64,000 nucleotides of DNA from a virus. Lineage: Duplodnaviria > Heunggongvirae > Uroviricota > Caudoviricetes. The position numbers and the translations under genes were made by a program. The stretch's first letter is position 1. Every line of letters starts with the position of its first letter. This document shows, in pieces, positions 9,269-18,398 of the stretch. The stretch lies in IMG/VR virus record IMGVR_UViG_2595698945_000001; one strand, 5' to 3'. The notes beneath the pieces are model-generated. The model had not been told where the DNA came from and did not search any database. It was given only the letters and a program-made list of their open reading frames with translations.

Positions 9269-9994
9269 ATGAGCCAGATCTTCTTTAACACTATTAACAA
9301 CGACCAGTACGACTTCATGACCGAGTGGGACACCACAGTCATGGACAAGTGGGTGGCCGAGAATATTGGGCTGTCACGCTGCAAGGATGAGGCTGAGTTG
9401 TTCGAGACAAAGTGGTTTGATTACCGCGACATGCACCCGCTTATGGCCACATGCCTTTTCACTGAGGCATACAAACGCCAGTACTCATACATCATGCTGT
9501 CGCATGGCCGCGAACACTATGAAACGGCCCCATTCACAACCGGTTTGAAACGTGTGCCGTATCAGGAGCTGTCAACGGCGAACAAAACGTCTCTCTGGAA
9601 AGCACGCCAGTTTGCCGACCAGTACTGCTGCTCTTATGACTACTTCATTTCTACCGTTCTTTCCGCAGCTGCACGCCGTCTGTGGGGCAAATTACCGCGC
9701 CCCCAGCATCTCTGGCAGCCCGAGCTGATCGAGATATTCGAAGAGAAGTTAGCCAAACGCGCTGTAACCCGTCTGGATGACTCTCTGGTGAGTTTTAAGC
9801 ATCTGGGAGACATGCAGCACGACCCGATTCAAGAACGCTATTTTGAGTGGGTTCTGGAGCGTCTGCGTGGCATTACCCGAGACAAGCGCGTCCGCATCAT
9901 CTTCTCCGCTGTCTGGTTGATGGAAATCGTGCCTGAGCGTGTGATTTACGCGCACTTCCCGGAAGAACTGGAAGAAGCACGGCGATTCTGTTGA
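9269..9994 (+). CDS. Hypothetical protein (upstream of the helicase; possible helicase loader)
   Basis: 241-aa ORF. No motif recognised. Confidence 0.45.
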   Translation: MSQIFFNTINNDQYDFMTEWDTTVMDKWVAENIGLSRCKDEAELFETKWFDYRDMHPLMATCLFTEAYKRQYSYIMLSHGREHYETAPFTTGLKRVPYQELSTANKTSLWKARQFADQYCCSYDYFISTVLSAAARRLWGKLPRPQHLWQPELIEIFEEKLAKRAVTRLDDSLVSFKHLGDMQHDPIQERYFEWVLERLRGITRDKRVRIIFSAVWLMEIVPERVIYAHFPEELEEARRFC

Positions 9995-10054
9995 TCCCCT
10001 ATCTGGCTTTTTTAGTATTAGAAAACAAATTATTTAAGCACCAAAGGAAAGCAC

Positions 10055-11395
10055 ATGACCGAACTTTGCCACACAGGACGAGGGTTGTCTGAAGAGTTCG
10101 ACGACGACTTCCAGAATCGACTCGCAGCCTACTTCTGTCGTGACCATGAATTTCTGACTCGCGCCGGTGATCTGGTTGCGCCAAACCAGTTCTCCAATGC
10201 GGCCAACGCCATTCTGGTGAACATGGTGTCGGGCTACTACAGAATGTATAAGAGCGCACCATCATCGTCGGCCATACTCGACATGCTCAAACGCGCCAAA
10301 CGCGATAAGACGATCCGCGAAGAGCTGTTCCCCGACGTCGTTGAGGCGTTTAAGCGGATTCTCGCTGAGAAACTGTCAGACACGGCGTACATGGTCGACC
10401 AGGTCGCGACGTTTGCCAAAAGCGTAGCGTTCGACGACGCGCTGATTAAAGCGGCTGAGATGAAAGAGAAGGGCGATTTCCAGGGCGCGATGGCAATCAT
10501 GGCCAAAGTCCAGCAAATCGGCTCTAACGAAGCGACCGGCATTTACGATTACTTCTCTGAATCAGCAGAGCGTTACAAGGCGCGTGAGTACGAAGCGTCC
10601 GACGATTACGTGCCAAACAGCATCACAACGGGTCTACCGCTGCTCGACAAGCTGCTTTACCAGAAAGGCTGGGCAAAGCGTGAGATGGTGCTGTTCATGG
10701 GCTTCGCGAAGTCTGGTAAATCGACGGCGATGGGTGAGTTCTCCATCAACGCTACGCTTGCCGGTTACAACGTCCTGTATCTGTCGCTGGAAGTTCACAC
10801 CTCCATTCTGTCAGATCGCTTTGACGCCCGTTTGTCTGAGACCGAAATGTCCAAGCTGGTGGAGCGCCGCGACGACGTCCATCGCAAACTGGCAGAGCTG
10901 GGCGCGACGAAAGGCGTGGGGAGCTTGTGGATTGTTGAGCGACCGTCCGGAAGCATGTCGCCTGCAGATCTGGATCGTATGTTGGGCTGCATGAAAGCCA
11001 ATGGCATGATCCCCGACATGGTCGTGGTCGACTACGCCGACCTGATGCGTGCCAGCTACGACCTCCGCGACGACCGCGCCAACATTCGCAGCATCTACAC
11101 TGACCTGCGTGCGCTGTACGACAAACACAACGTTGCCGGCATCACTGCATCGCAGACTAACAGGGAAGGTGGTGCTTCTGAGGTGGCCACAATGATGCAC
11201 GCAGCGGACAATATCGAGAAGGTGCGTATCGCTGACCTCGTTATCACTATCAACAAAACGGAAGAGGAAGAAGCGAAAGGCGAAGCGCGTCTTTACTTCG
11301 CTGGTTCACGTAACCAGAAAGGCGGCGTAAGCATCCGCGTTAAGCAGAACCTCGAACAAATGCGATTCATCGAACGCATTATGGACGTCCTATAA
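10055..11395 (+). CDS. DnaB-family replicative DNA helicase
   Basis: RecA-fold C-terminal domain with Walker A GFAKSGKST, Walker B VVVDYADLM and an SQTNREG (DnaB SQLNR-like) motif. Confidence 0.7.
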   Translation: MTELCHTGRGLSEEFDDDFQNRLAAYFCRDHEFLTRAGDLVAPNQFSNAANAILVNMVSGYYRMYKSAPSSSAILDMLKRAKRDKTIREELFPDVVEAFKRILAEKLSDTAYMVDQVATFAKSVAFDDALIKAAEMKEKGDFQGAMAIMAKVQQIGSNEATGIYDYFSESAERYKAREYEASDDYVPNSITTGLPLLDKLLYQKGWAKREMVLFMGFAKSGKSTAMGEFSINATLAGYNVLYLSLEVHTSILSDRFDARLSETEMSKLVERRDDVHRKLAELGATKGVGSLWIVERPSGSMSPADLDRMLGCMKANGMIPDMVVVDYADLMRASYDLRDDRANIRSIYTDLRALYDKHNVAGITASQTNREGGASEVATMMHAADNIEKVRIADLVITINKTEEEEAKGEARLYFAGSRNQKGGVSIRVKQNLEQMRFIERIMDVL

Positions 11396-11542
11396 AAAGA
11401 AGGCGTGGAAAGAACCTCCACGCCTGTTTCCATCAGAGAAAAACTTCCTTTTGCCAACCACAAAAGAAAAACACATGAGCCTTTATGGTATTCAAATACT
11501 GAGGCTTATCAAGATATTGCCTGCAAAAAGTAGGGTTAAGCA

Positions 11543-12658
11543 ATGAGTGACCTCAAAGAACTTTTGACTGAGCTGGATTTTGAACAATGGCTCGATATGG
11601 AGGGGATCATCTACCGTCGTGGTGGTGTCAGCACTCGTGGACGTGAGGTGAACATCAAGGAGTGCCCGGTATGCGGCAGCTCAAACTGGAAGGTATATTT
11701 CAACCTGACCAATGGCGTCGGCAAATGCTTTGCTGGTGATCATCCCGAAGAGATTCAGTTCAATAAGCTGGTCTTCCTCAAGCACTACAGCGGCAAATCC
11801 CGTCGCGATTTTGAAGAGTACGTCCAGAACGCGCTGATCTCACAAGGTTGGGCGCCGAAGAAGGAAGAGATCGTGCTGGCCAGCAAGGTTGAACTCGAAG
11901 GGCCAGTAGCTCTCCCGCGCCATTACGAACTCCCCATTGACGGTCGTCTTCCTGATTATCTGGTGGAGCGCCAGATTTCACCTGAGCTGGCCAAATACTT
12001 TGATCTGCGTTACTGCGTTGAAGGCAAGCACGCATACGTCGATCCGTACACAGACCAGGTCAAAGGACAAGTGTTCGACATGCGCATCCTGATACCAGTT
12101 TACGATCTTGATGGCGTGATGAAGACCTTCCAGGGGCGTGACATTACCGGCAATGCTGAACGCCGTTATCTCTTCCCGATGCAGTTGCCGGCGTCGGGTA
12201 AGTTTCTCTACAACGGCCACAACGCAGTCGGGAAACAAACAGTCGTTGTGTGTGAAGGGGCATTTGACGTAATGGGCGTGAAGCGAGCCGTTTTCGACGA
12301 AGAGACGCTGCGGGATTACGTAGAGCCGATTGGCACGTTCGGGATGCACTTGTCCGGAAATATGAATGAGGACGCTGAAGATCAGTTGGGTGCGTTCCTG
12401 ACGCTCAAGGCGCGTGGATTACGTAACATCATCATGATGTGGGATAGCGAGAAGCAAGCGATCCGCAACACCATGTCGGCGGCCAAACGTCTCGCCAGCA
12501 TCGGACTAAATGTCAAAGTGGCCTGTCTGGGCGAGGAAGGTCTCGACCCTGGCGACGCGACGCCAGAGCAGATCCTCAAAGCCTACTATCGTGCAAAGCC
12601 CTACACCAAACAGCTTGAGCTGCAAAGTAAGGTGCTGGGTATCAAGGCTCTGGTGTAA
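11543..12658 (+). CDS. DNA primase (zinc-ribbon plus TOPRIM)
   Basis: CPVCGSS...CFAGDH zinc-binding motif. TOPRIM VVVCEGAFDVMG. Confidence 0.7.
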   Translation: MSDLKELLTELDFEQWLDMEGIIYRRGGVSTRGREVNIKECPVCGSSNWKVYFNLTNGVGKCFAGDHPEEIQFNKLVFLKHYSGKSRRDFEEYVQNALISQGWAPKKEEIVLASKVELEGPVALPRHYELPIDGRLPDYLVERQISPELAKYFDLRYCVEGKHAYVDPYTDQVKGQVFDMRILIPVYDLDGVMKTFQGRDITGNAERRYLFPMQLPASGKFLYNGHNAVGKQTVVVCEGAFDVMGVKRAVFDEETLRDYVEPIGTFGMHLSGNMNEDAEDQLGAFLTLKARGLRNIIMMWDSEKQAIRNTMSAAKRLASIGLNVKVACLGEEGLDPGDATPEQILKAYYRAKPYTKQLELQSKVLGIKALV

Positions 12659-12659
12659 A

Positions 12660-13697
12660 TTAATTCGAAGCGGTCAGACGACGGAGAACATGGGAGCAGA
12701 TGTCGTCAATCGCTTGGATAAACTCTACCGAGTTAAACGAGCCATCATCGTTCGGTATTAAGCTTTTAGGGTCGAAATTTTTCCAACCATCACTTTCGCT
12801 ATAGGTAAAGCTCTTTGAGTCGATATGCGAAAATACCTCGATAGTGCTATATGGTTCGCCATCCATCCCTTCACCCGTACGAGCACTAATGTAGAATGGC
12901 GCAATAATGTCTGACATAGCTCCCTCGTTTTTCACGATTCGAACTCTGAGACCACCAGCTTCTAATTTTTGCCGAATGGAAGTTCGGCAAAATTCATCAA
13001 AAAATTCATTACCTTCGATGATAATAACATCATAGCGTTGTTTGGAATCAATGCCCAAAACACTAGGTAAAAAATCATTACTATGGAAGAGATGCCCTAA
13101 AAGGGACTTTAACTCTTCAGTAAAGTTGAATATCCGATTCTTTTCTGGATGAGTGTTGATAACCTCATAAATGAGACCTGAAGCGATGAGTTTGTTGAGC
13201 GATCGTAGATTTAGTCCATTTTTTTGGGAGGTGAGATCTACTTGCGCAGCTGCCGCTGATTTAAAGCCTCTGATGTGTGAGTTTGTCGTAATGTAGAGCT
13301 TGCGAGCATACTCAATATCGAAGCAGGTTAGCTCGCTCAATGTATGGATGAAAAACATTTTTTCATCGTCGCAAAGACTGCTTCGAGCCAGACTGACCGT
13401 TAGGCGGATATAGTATTCAGTTTTTTTATCTTCATCATCAAGCACCAGCTTTTTGACCAACGCTGAGAAATGTTCTCTGGATATATCAACCTCATCTTCG
13501 CAGATTTCACCTATTCCCATTATGTAGTGATTGAATCGGTCACGGCACATTTCAGCGTTTATCTCTGAAAACAGCTTAAACATTTGCTCTGCCGCCTGTA
13601 TGTGAGGCCCTGCAATTGGCACCATTTTGGCAAACTCCAAAAAAGCATCTTTCAATCCCTTTCGGTGTTGCGTCACACCTTTAGATAACGTTGTCAT
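12660..13697 (-). CDS. Hypothetical protein, low-GC, antisense insertion in the replication module
   Basis: 345-aa ORF on the opposite strand. AT-rich. The C-terminal segment YDVIIIEGNEFF...GGLRVRIVKNEG has a TIR-like pattern (speculative). Confidence 0.45.
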   Translation of the reverse strand: MTTLSKGVTQHRKGLKDAFLEFAKMVPIAGPHIQAAEQMFKLFSEINAEMCRDRFNHYIMGIGEICEDEVDISREHFSALVKKLVLDDEDKKTEYYIRLTVSLARSSLCDDEKMFFIHTLSELTCFDIEYARKLYITTNSHIRGFKSAAAAQVDLTSQKNGLNLRSLNKLIASGLIYEVINTHPEKNRIFNFTEELKSLLGHLFHSNDFLPSVLGIDSKQRYDVIIIEGNEFFDEFCRTSIRQKLEAGGLRVRIVKNEGAMSDIIAPFYISARTGEGMDGEPYSTIEVFSHIDSKSFTYSESDGWKNFDPKSLIPNDDGSFNSVEFIQAIDDICSHVLRRLTASN

Positions 13698-13878
13698 AGT
13701 CGTAAGCCTAGTAGGACTTCATGATTTAATTATTTGAAATCATATAAAAATGCCCCGAAGGCGACAACGGCCAGGTCAGTGTACTTATCCATTAAATGAA
13801 ACCATGCCGCCAATGATAAGTAGATACATACTTATTTTTCTGTAAGAATATGCGCGAAGAAGGAATTGAGGAACCTTT

Positions 13879-14673
13879 ATGAAAGCAGATATTCAGAAGT
13901 CCGTTACCGAAATCATCGACAAATCAGGCGTAGAAATTGATACAGAAGAGCGCCAGAACATTATCGATGAGGCGATCCAAACTGCGCTGGAACACATCGC
14001 CACGTCTGTGAGTACCGCACCTCTTGGGGAAGGCTCGAAATACATGCGGGTCTGGGTTCGTTTTGGAGAGTCCCCAGAGCTGCCTGGTGTTAAGCAGAAA
14101 CGCGCGGCACTCGTCACGTTCACTCGCGAGATGAAAGATGCAACGATAGAAATACGCGCTGGTGCATGGTACGACGGCCGCGTTGTCTACACCAATCAGG
14201 CGGTGTGTGATGAAGGTGAACGGTTTGAGGATATTGTCGACGCGACTCTTCGCGCAATCAAAGGTAGAGCCGGTGTAGATGATGATCCGTCTATCGCGGC
14301 GTTCCTGAGCATTGTCGAACTACCTGAAGTTATTGAACGCGTTACCGATCTGACAACCCCACCTGGTTTGCTGGAGTTGGTGGTCAGTGGCGATACCAAA
14401 AAAGCCGTTGAACGCATTCGAGAGGTGGAATACGGCATCATCTGCGATATGTGCCGCAGCGACTTAGACCTGGTGCGCATCATTGTCGATGCGGGTCAGG
14501 CATGTGATGGTGTGCTCGCCAGTTTTGCAGGGCAGGTGGCACGTCTGGCCAACGAGCTGCCGATGATTAAACAGGAGGCAAAATCCTACGCCGTCCACCA
14601 TGCCAACGATTTACTGGAGCCATACCGGTTCGAAGCCGCTCAGGACAAAATGACTGGCTGGGCGACCTGGTAA
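13879..14673 (+). CDS. Hypothetical protein
   Basis: RBS GAGGAA. Acidic 264-aa protein. Confidence 0.45.
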   Translation: MKADIQKSVTEIIDKSGVEIDTEERQNIIDEAIQTALEHIATSVSTAPLGEGSKYMRVWVRFGESPELPGVKQKRAALVTFTREMKDATIEIRAGAWYDGRVVYTNQAVCDEGERFEDIVDATLRAIKGRAGVDDDPSIAAFLSIVELPEVIERVTDLTTPPGLLELVVSGDTKKAVERIREVEYGIICDMCRSDLDLVRIIVDAGQACDGVLASFAGQVARLANELPMIKQEAKSYAVHHANDLLEPYRFEAAQDKMTGWATW

Positions 14674-14690
14674 GCCTCGATAAACCATTT

Positions 14691-14715
14691 AGCCCCCTAG
14701 TGGGGCTTTTTTAAA
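14691..14715 (+). terminator. Rho-independent terminator
   Basis: agccccctagtggggctttttt. Confidence 0.7.
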
Positions 14716-14754
14716 CTGCGATCAATAAGTAAGTACACGACTACGGTTAGAAGC

Positions 14755-15231
14755 ATGTCCACAAGAACAGATTTGTCGAAAATCCCGTCTATCTCTGGAA
14801 ACAACGGTTATTCGCTGCGCTGTCCGGAAGTGAAGATCAACGGCCATGAGGCCCATTGCAGCTATACAGTCTGCCAGCACACCATCCTCGCCTACAAAGA
14901 GAAGCGTCTCCCGGCTACATCGTTCCAGTCCTGCGCTGCGGCCATTGCTGCTGGAAAATGCCAGGCGCTGAAGATGATGGTCGAAGAGATCCGCAAAGGC
15001 GAACAGCTCTACTTCATCGATATGGCTGCGCTTATCAAAGAAGTGGAAGAGCAAAACGACCACGCCAGAACGCTTACCCGTAAGCGCAACACCATGACGA
15101 TTAACAGTCTGGTTAAACGCACGATGAAAACAGAACCAGCCAAACCCGAAACCACGCCCACCGATTCACTGGCGCCCGTCACTGATGTGTACGCGGCACT
15201 CATTGAAGAAGCAACCAAAGAAAACACATGA
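14755..15231 (+). CDS. Hypothetical Cys-containing protein
   Basis: 158-aa ORF downstream of a Motif A half-site. Confidence 0.35.
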   Translation: MSTRTDLSKIPSISGNNGYSLRCPEVKINGHEAHCSYTVCQHTILAYKEKRLPATSFQSCAAAIAAGKCQALKMMVEEIRKGEQLYFIDMAALIKEVEEQNDHARTLTRKRNTMTINSLVKRTMKTEPAKPETTPTDSLAPVTDVYAALIEEATKENT

Positions 15232-15265
15232 AAACTCCCGAGCGACCGATGGAGGTTAAACACTA

Positions 15266-16588
15266 ATGGAAAAACTGATCGCCCTAAAGCACAAGCTGGA
15301 TGACATAAAAACGATGGGAACCAACGCCAAGAAAGAGGCACTGGCCAACCTTGATGAATTTGAGCAGAGCATGGTCTCGCTAATGCTCAACCCATTCATT
15401 CGATTCGGTGTGAAGAAGTACAAAGTGGCCGAGCCACTCGATACTTCCGTACCCAGCGACCAGAAGGTAGTCGAGCTGCTGGAGAAGCTGGCGGCGCGCG
15501 AACTGACCGGGAACGCGGCTATTACTGCTGTCGAATCACTCGTTGCCTCAATGTGCGCTGACGGGCAGGATGTGTTTCGTCGCTTCCTGCTGAAAGATCC
15601 GAAAGCCGGCGTCGGTATCAGCCTGTGCAACAAGGTGTTCGAAAACCCAATTCCGAAGTTTGAGGTACAGCTGGCGTCTCCGTACAAGGAGAAAGGCGAC
15701 AAATACCCATTTAAACCAAATCCAAAGGCCAAGTGGCCAATGATCGGCAGCCTCAAACTCGATGGTCTCCGGGTTATCTGCGAAGTCATCGTTGACGAGG
15801 AAGAGGTGAACTTCCTGACGCGTACCGGCAATCCGATTACGTCACTCGATCACCTTAAACCAGCCATGCTTGAGCGAGGCAGACTCTCCGGTTTCAAGCA
15901 TATTTTTTTCGATGGTGAGGGTACTGCAGGTACGTTCAACCAGTCCGTGTCGGCACTTCGCAAGAAGAACGTGAAAGCCATTGGTGCCGTTTACCACATC
16001 TTCGATTTCTTCTTACCGGAGTGGCGTGCTCAGGCAAAAAGCAAAGAGTACCTGAAGACCGGCATGAAGCTGAAAGAGCGCCTGGCTATGCTGGTGGCGT
16101 TGTTCCGCAACACTTGCGGGGAAGATTACGCGCAAGATGTCCACCTGCATCCGTTCTACATCATCCATAGCCATGAAGACTTTATCGAACGCTTCATGAA
16201 GCGCCTGGACGAGAACGAAGAGGGGGAGATGGGCAAAGATCCGGATTCTGTTTACGAGTTCAAACGCACCCGCAGCTGGTGGAAGCTGAAAGACGAGGAT
16301 TCCGAAGACGGTGAAATCATCGACTTCGAGCCAGGCGACCCGGACTCTGGCTTTGCGCATACGCTGGGCAAGATAGTGATTCGTCTGGAGAACGGCGTCA
16401 TCGTTCGTGCCAGCGGTATCAAGCATAAGTACCTGGACGAGATCTGGAACAATCAGGAGAAGTATCGTGGACGCATCGTTGAGGTTCACTGCCATGAGAA
16501 AACGCCAGACGGTAGCTTACGCCACCCACGTCTGAAGTGGCCGAAATGTCTGCGAGACACCGAAGACCGTATTGGAGATAAAGACTGA
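15266..16588 (+). CDS. ATP-dependent DNA ligase
   Basis: Adenylation motif I around SLKLDGLR (KxDG). Size and motif order as in T4/T7-type ligases. Confidence 0.8.
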   Translation: MEKLIALKHKLDDIKTMGTNAKKEALANLDEFEQSMVSLMLNPFIRFGVKKYKVAEPLDTSVPSDQKVVELLEKLAARELTGNAAITAVESLVASMCADGQDVFRRFLLKDPKAGVGISLCNKVFENPIPKFEVQLASPYKEKGDKYPFKPNPKAKWPMIGSLKLDGLRVICEVIVDEEEVNFLTRTGNPITSLDHLKPAMLERGRLSGFKHIFFDGEGTAGTFNQSVSALRKKNVKAIGAVYHIFDFFLPEWRAQAKSKEYLKTGMKLKERLAMLVALFRNTCGEDYAQDVHLHPFYIIHSHEDFIERFMKRLDENEEGEMGKDPDSVYEFKRTRSWWKLKDEDSEDGEIIDFEPGDPDSGFAHTLGKIVIRLENGVIVRASGIKHKYLDEIWNNQEKYRGRIVEVHCHEKTPDGSLRHPRLKWPKCLRDTEDRIGDKD

Positions 16589-16764
16589 TGCTCGGCTGGA
16601 TGATTGTATTTTTGGTCGTCGGCATTGTTATTGGCAGTCTGATTACGTCCAGCTGCATCAACGATTACGTAAAAGCCGGTGTCATGCAGAGACGTGGCCG
16701 CATTTACCGCATTGTAGATATCACGTACACACTGAAGGAGATTAAGGATGATCATGTTAAGTAA
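16588..16764 (+). CDS. Small membrane protein (58 aa)
   Basis: ATGA overlap with the ligase stop. Single TM helix MIVFLVVGIVIGSLI. Confidence 0.3.
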   Translation: MLGWMIVFLVVGIVIGSLITSSCINDYVKAGVMQRRGRIYRIVDITYTLKEIKDDHVK

Positions 16765-16960
16765 ACGGGAGAAAGAAACTCTGCGTGAAATCAGCCAGTG
16801 GAAGGAGTTCTATGCCAACTGGAAGCCAAAGACCCGCGCCAAACTGGAACGTATGAATCTTGTCGCTAACGTTTCGCCAAAGGGATGTGTGGAGAACTAT
16901 CAACTCACTGAAAAAGGACACTCACTGTTGCAGCAATTGACTGAGGCGGGGGCGTTCTGA
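16748..16960 (+). CDS. Hypothetical small protein
   Basis: RBS AAGGAG 7 nt upstream. Confidence 0.4.
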   Translation: MIMLSKREKETLREISQWKEFYANWKPKTRAKLERMNLVANVSPKGCVENYQLTEKGHSLLQQLTEAGAF

Positions 16961-17111
16961 TGATTCCATACATCCTATTATCTTTTGCTGGGGGCGTGGC
17001 CCTCGGCTTCAGTATCTGTCGCGATCTGGTCAGGCAGGAACTGAAAACCAAAACGCTTCGCATCGGTAAGCGGCTGTATCGGGTTGTTCACGAGACGGGA
17101 GTGCGGAAATG
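16961..17111 (+). CDS. Small membrane protein (49 aa)
   Basis: Stop/start overlap chain. One TM. Confidence 0.3.
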
Positions 17112-17414
17112 AGCAATTTGACCTCTTTCGACTGGTGGCTGGCAACCTACCTTGTAGCGGCCGGCTTCGGATATGCCTTTTACATTGGTCAGTTAATCGT
17201 AAAGCTACTGCTGATCAGATTTGCCAGCCATAAACGCATAGATGACGGTCTGTGGCGCCTGGGTTCTCTGCTGGAGACTCACTACGGCGAACTGAAGGAG
17301 AACGAAACTATCACTATTCAAGCGAAGCGTTTTACGGCCATCATCACGAGAACGCCGGAACAGAAGGTGAGCTTGATCAAAAAGATAGCAACTGAACGAG
17401 TTATAGAAAAATAA
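17109..17414 (+). CDS. Small membrane protein
   Basis: ATGA overlap. N-terminal TM. Confidence 0.4.
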   Translation: MSNLTSFDWWLATYLVAAGFGYAFYIGQLIVKLLLIRFASHKRIDDGLWRLGSLLETHYGELKENETITIQAKRFTAIITRTPEQKVSLIKKIATERVIEK

Positions 17415-18162
17415 GTATTTACTTACTTATCCATTATATATAAGATTCATTTGTTTTCGTTGAGACGCGACTGTTTGAACGTTAAATATAACTGCAAACG
17501 AAGATACGTACCTGGCAGTAGCCTAAGAAGCCAAACACCAGCGAGGTCAGTTTCCAGCCTCGTCACCGAAATGGGACACACTGAGCAAGTGTGATTGCAG
17601 AACGCAGGATAGGGCATGTTGCACCACCCATGCCCTATTCGATGAAGTAACAGGATGGGCGGTTGGTTTCCTCATTCCATTCCATCATCCCGGTTTCAGC
17701 CAGCTGACCGTCCATCCTGTTACGTCATTTCCATTACTTATGTCGTTTAATCTTGGGTTAAAAGCGGCGACGTAACCCGGCTGGCTTGGTTAGCCAGCGC
17801 ACAACGTTGAGGTCACTGTTTTTCTTTTAATCATACAGGTGATTCCACAGAGCTGTAGTGACTGATCAATATGTTGGGTCGAACATAAATCGGTTCAGTG
17901 GCCTCAACGTTGTGAAAGCAGGATTCTTTAACCCTCTGGTGAAATCATTGTTGCCTATGTAGCCCCTGGTTTCACAACATGGATGATTCCGTACATCCAA
18001 TAAGATCGAAGAGTCTGGCGGCCATCAACCGCCGAGAAGGATTCCAGATCTTCGCTCTATGTGAGCGAGCCACAAGCCTCGTCTGGCACTAACGTAAAGT
18101 GCAAGTTGCGGGAAAGTTCTTGGTTGCCTGGTTGTCCATGAACAAGTACCGCCGCGAAAAAT

Positions 18163-18237
18163 GATGGTGTAGCTCAGTGGTAGAGCGGTTGACTGTTAAT
18201 CAACTGGTCGGTGGTTCGAGTCCACCCACCATCGCCA
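18163..18237 (+). tRNA. tRNA-Asn (anticodon GTT), CCA encoded
   Basis: Cloverleaf built by hand: acceptor GATGGTG/CACCATC, D-arm gctc-agtggta-gagc, anticodon arm gttga-ctGTTaa-tcaac, T-arm ggtgg-ttcgagt-ccacc, discriminator G, then CCA. Confidence 0.8.
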
Positions 18238-18310
18238 ACATAGCGCTGAACGGTTTGGAGTTCGCCACCACCGTCCGCACAGTTTAATACCACCGCTCGC
18301 CCCCTCTAGT

Positions 18311-18345
18311 GCCTGTACGAACAGATTAGATACCTGTTCGTACAG
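18311..18345. promoter_or_regulatory. 12-bp perfect inverted repeat ctgtacgaacag-N9-ctgttcgtacag upstream of cobT-like gene
   Basis: Seen in sequence. Candidate operator. Confidence 0.4.
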
Positions 18346-18398
18346 TGATAAATTACGCACATCAGAAAACAAATTGTTTAAATAACAAGGAAATTCTC

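Noticed and set aside
18311-18345. LexA (SOS) box upstream of cobT-like gene
   Set aside because: The palindrome is CTGTACGAACAG-N9-CTGTTCGTACAG, not CTGT-N8-ACAG spacing. Treated as a generic operator candidate only.
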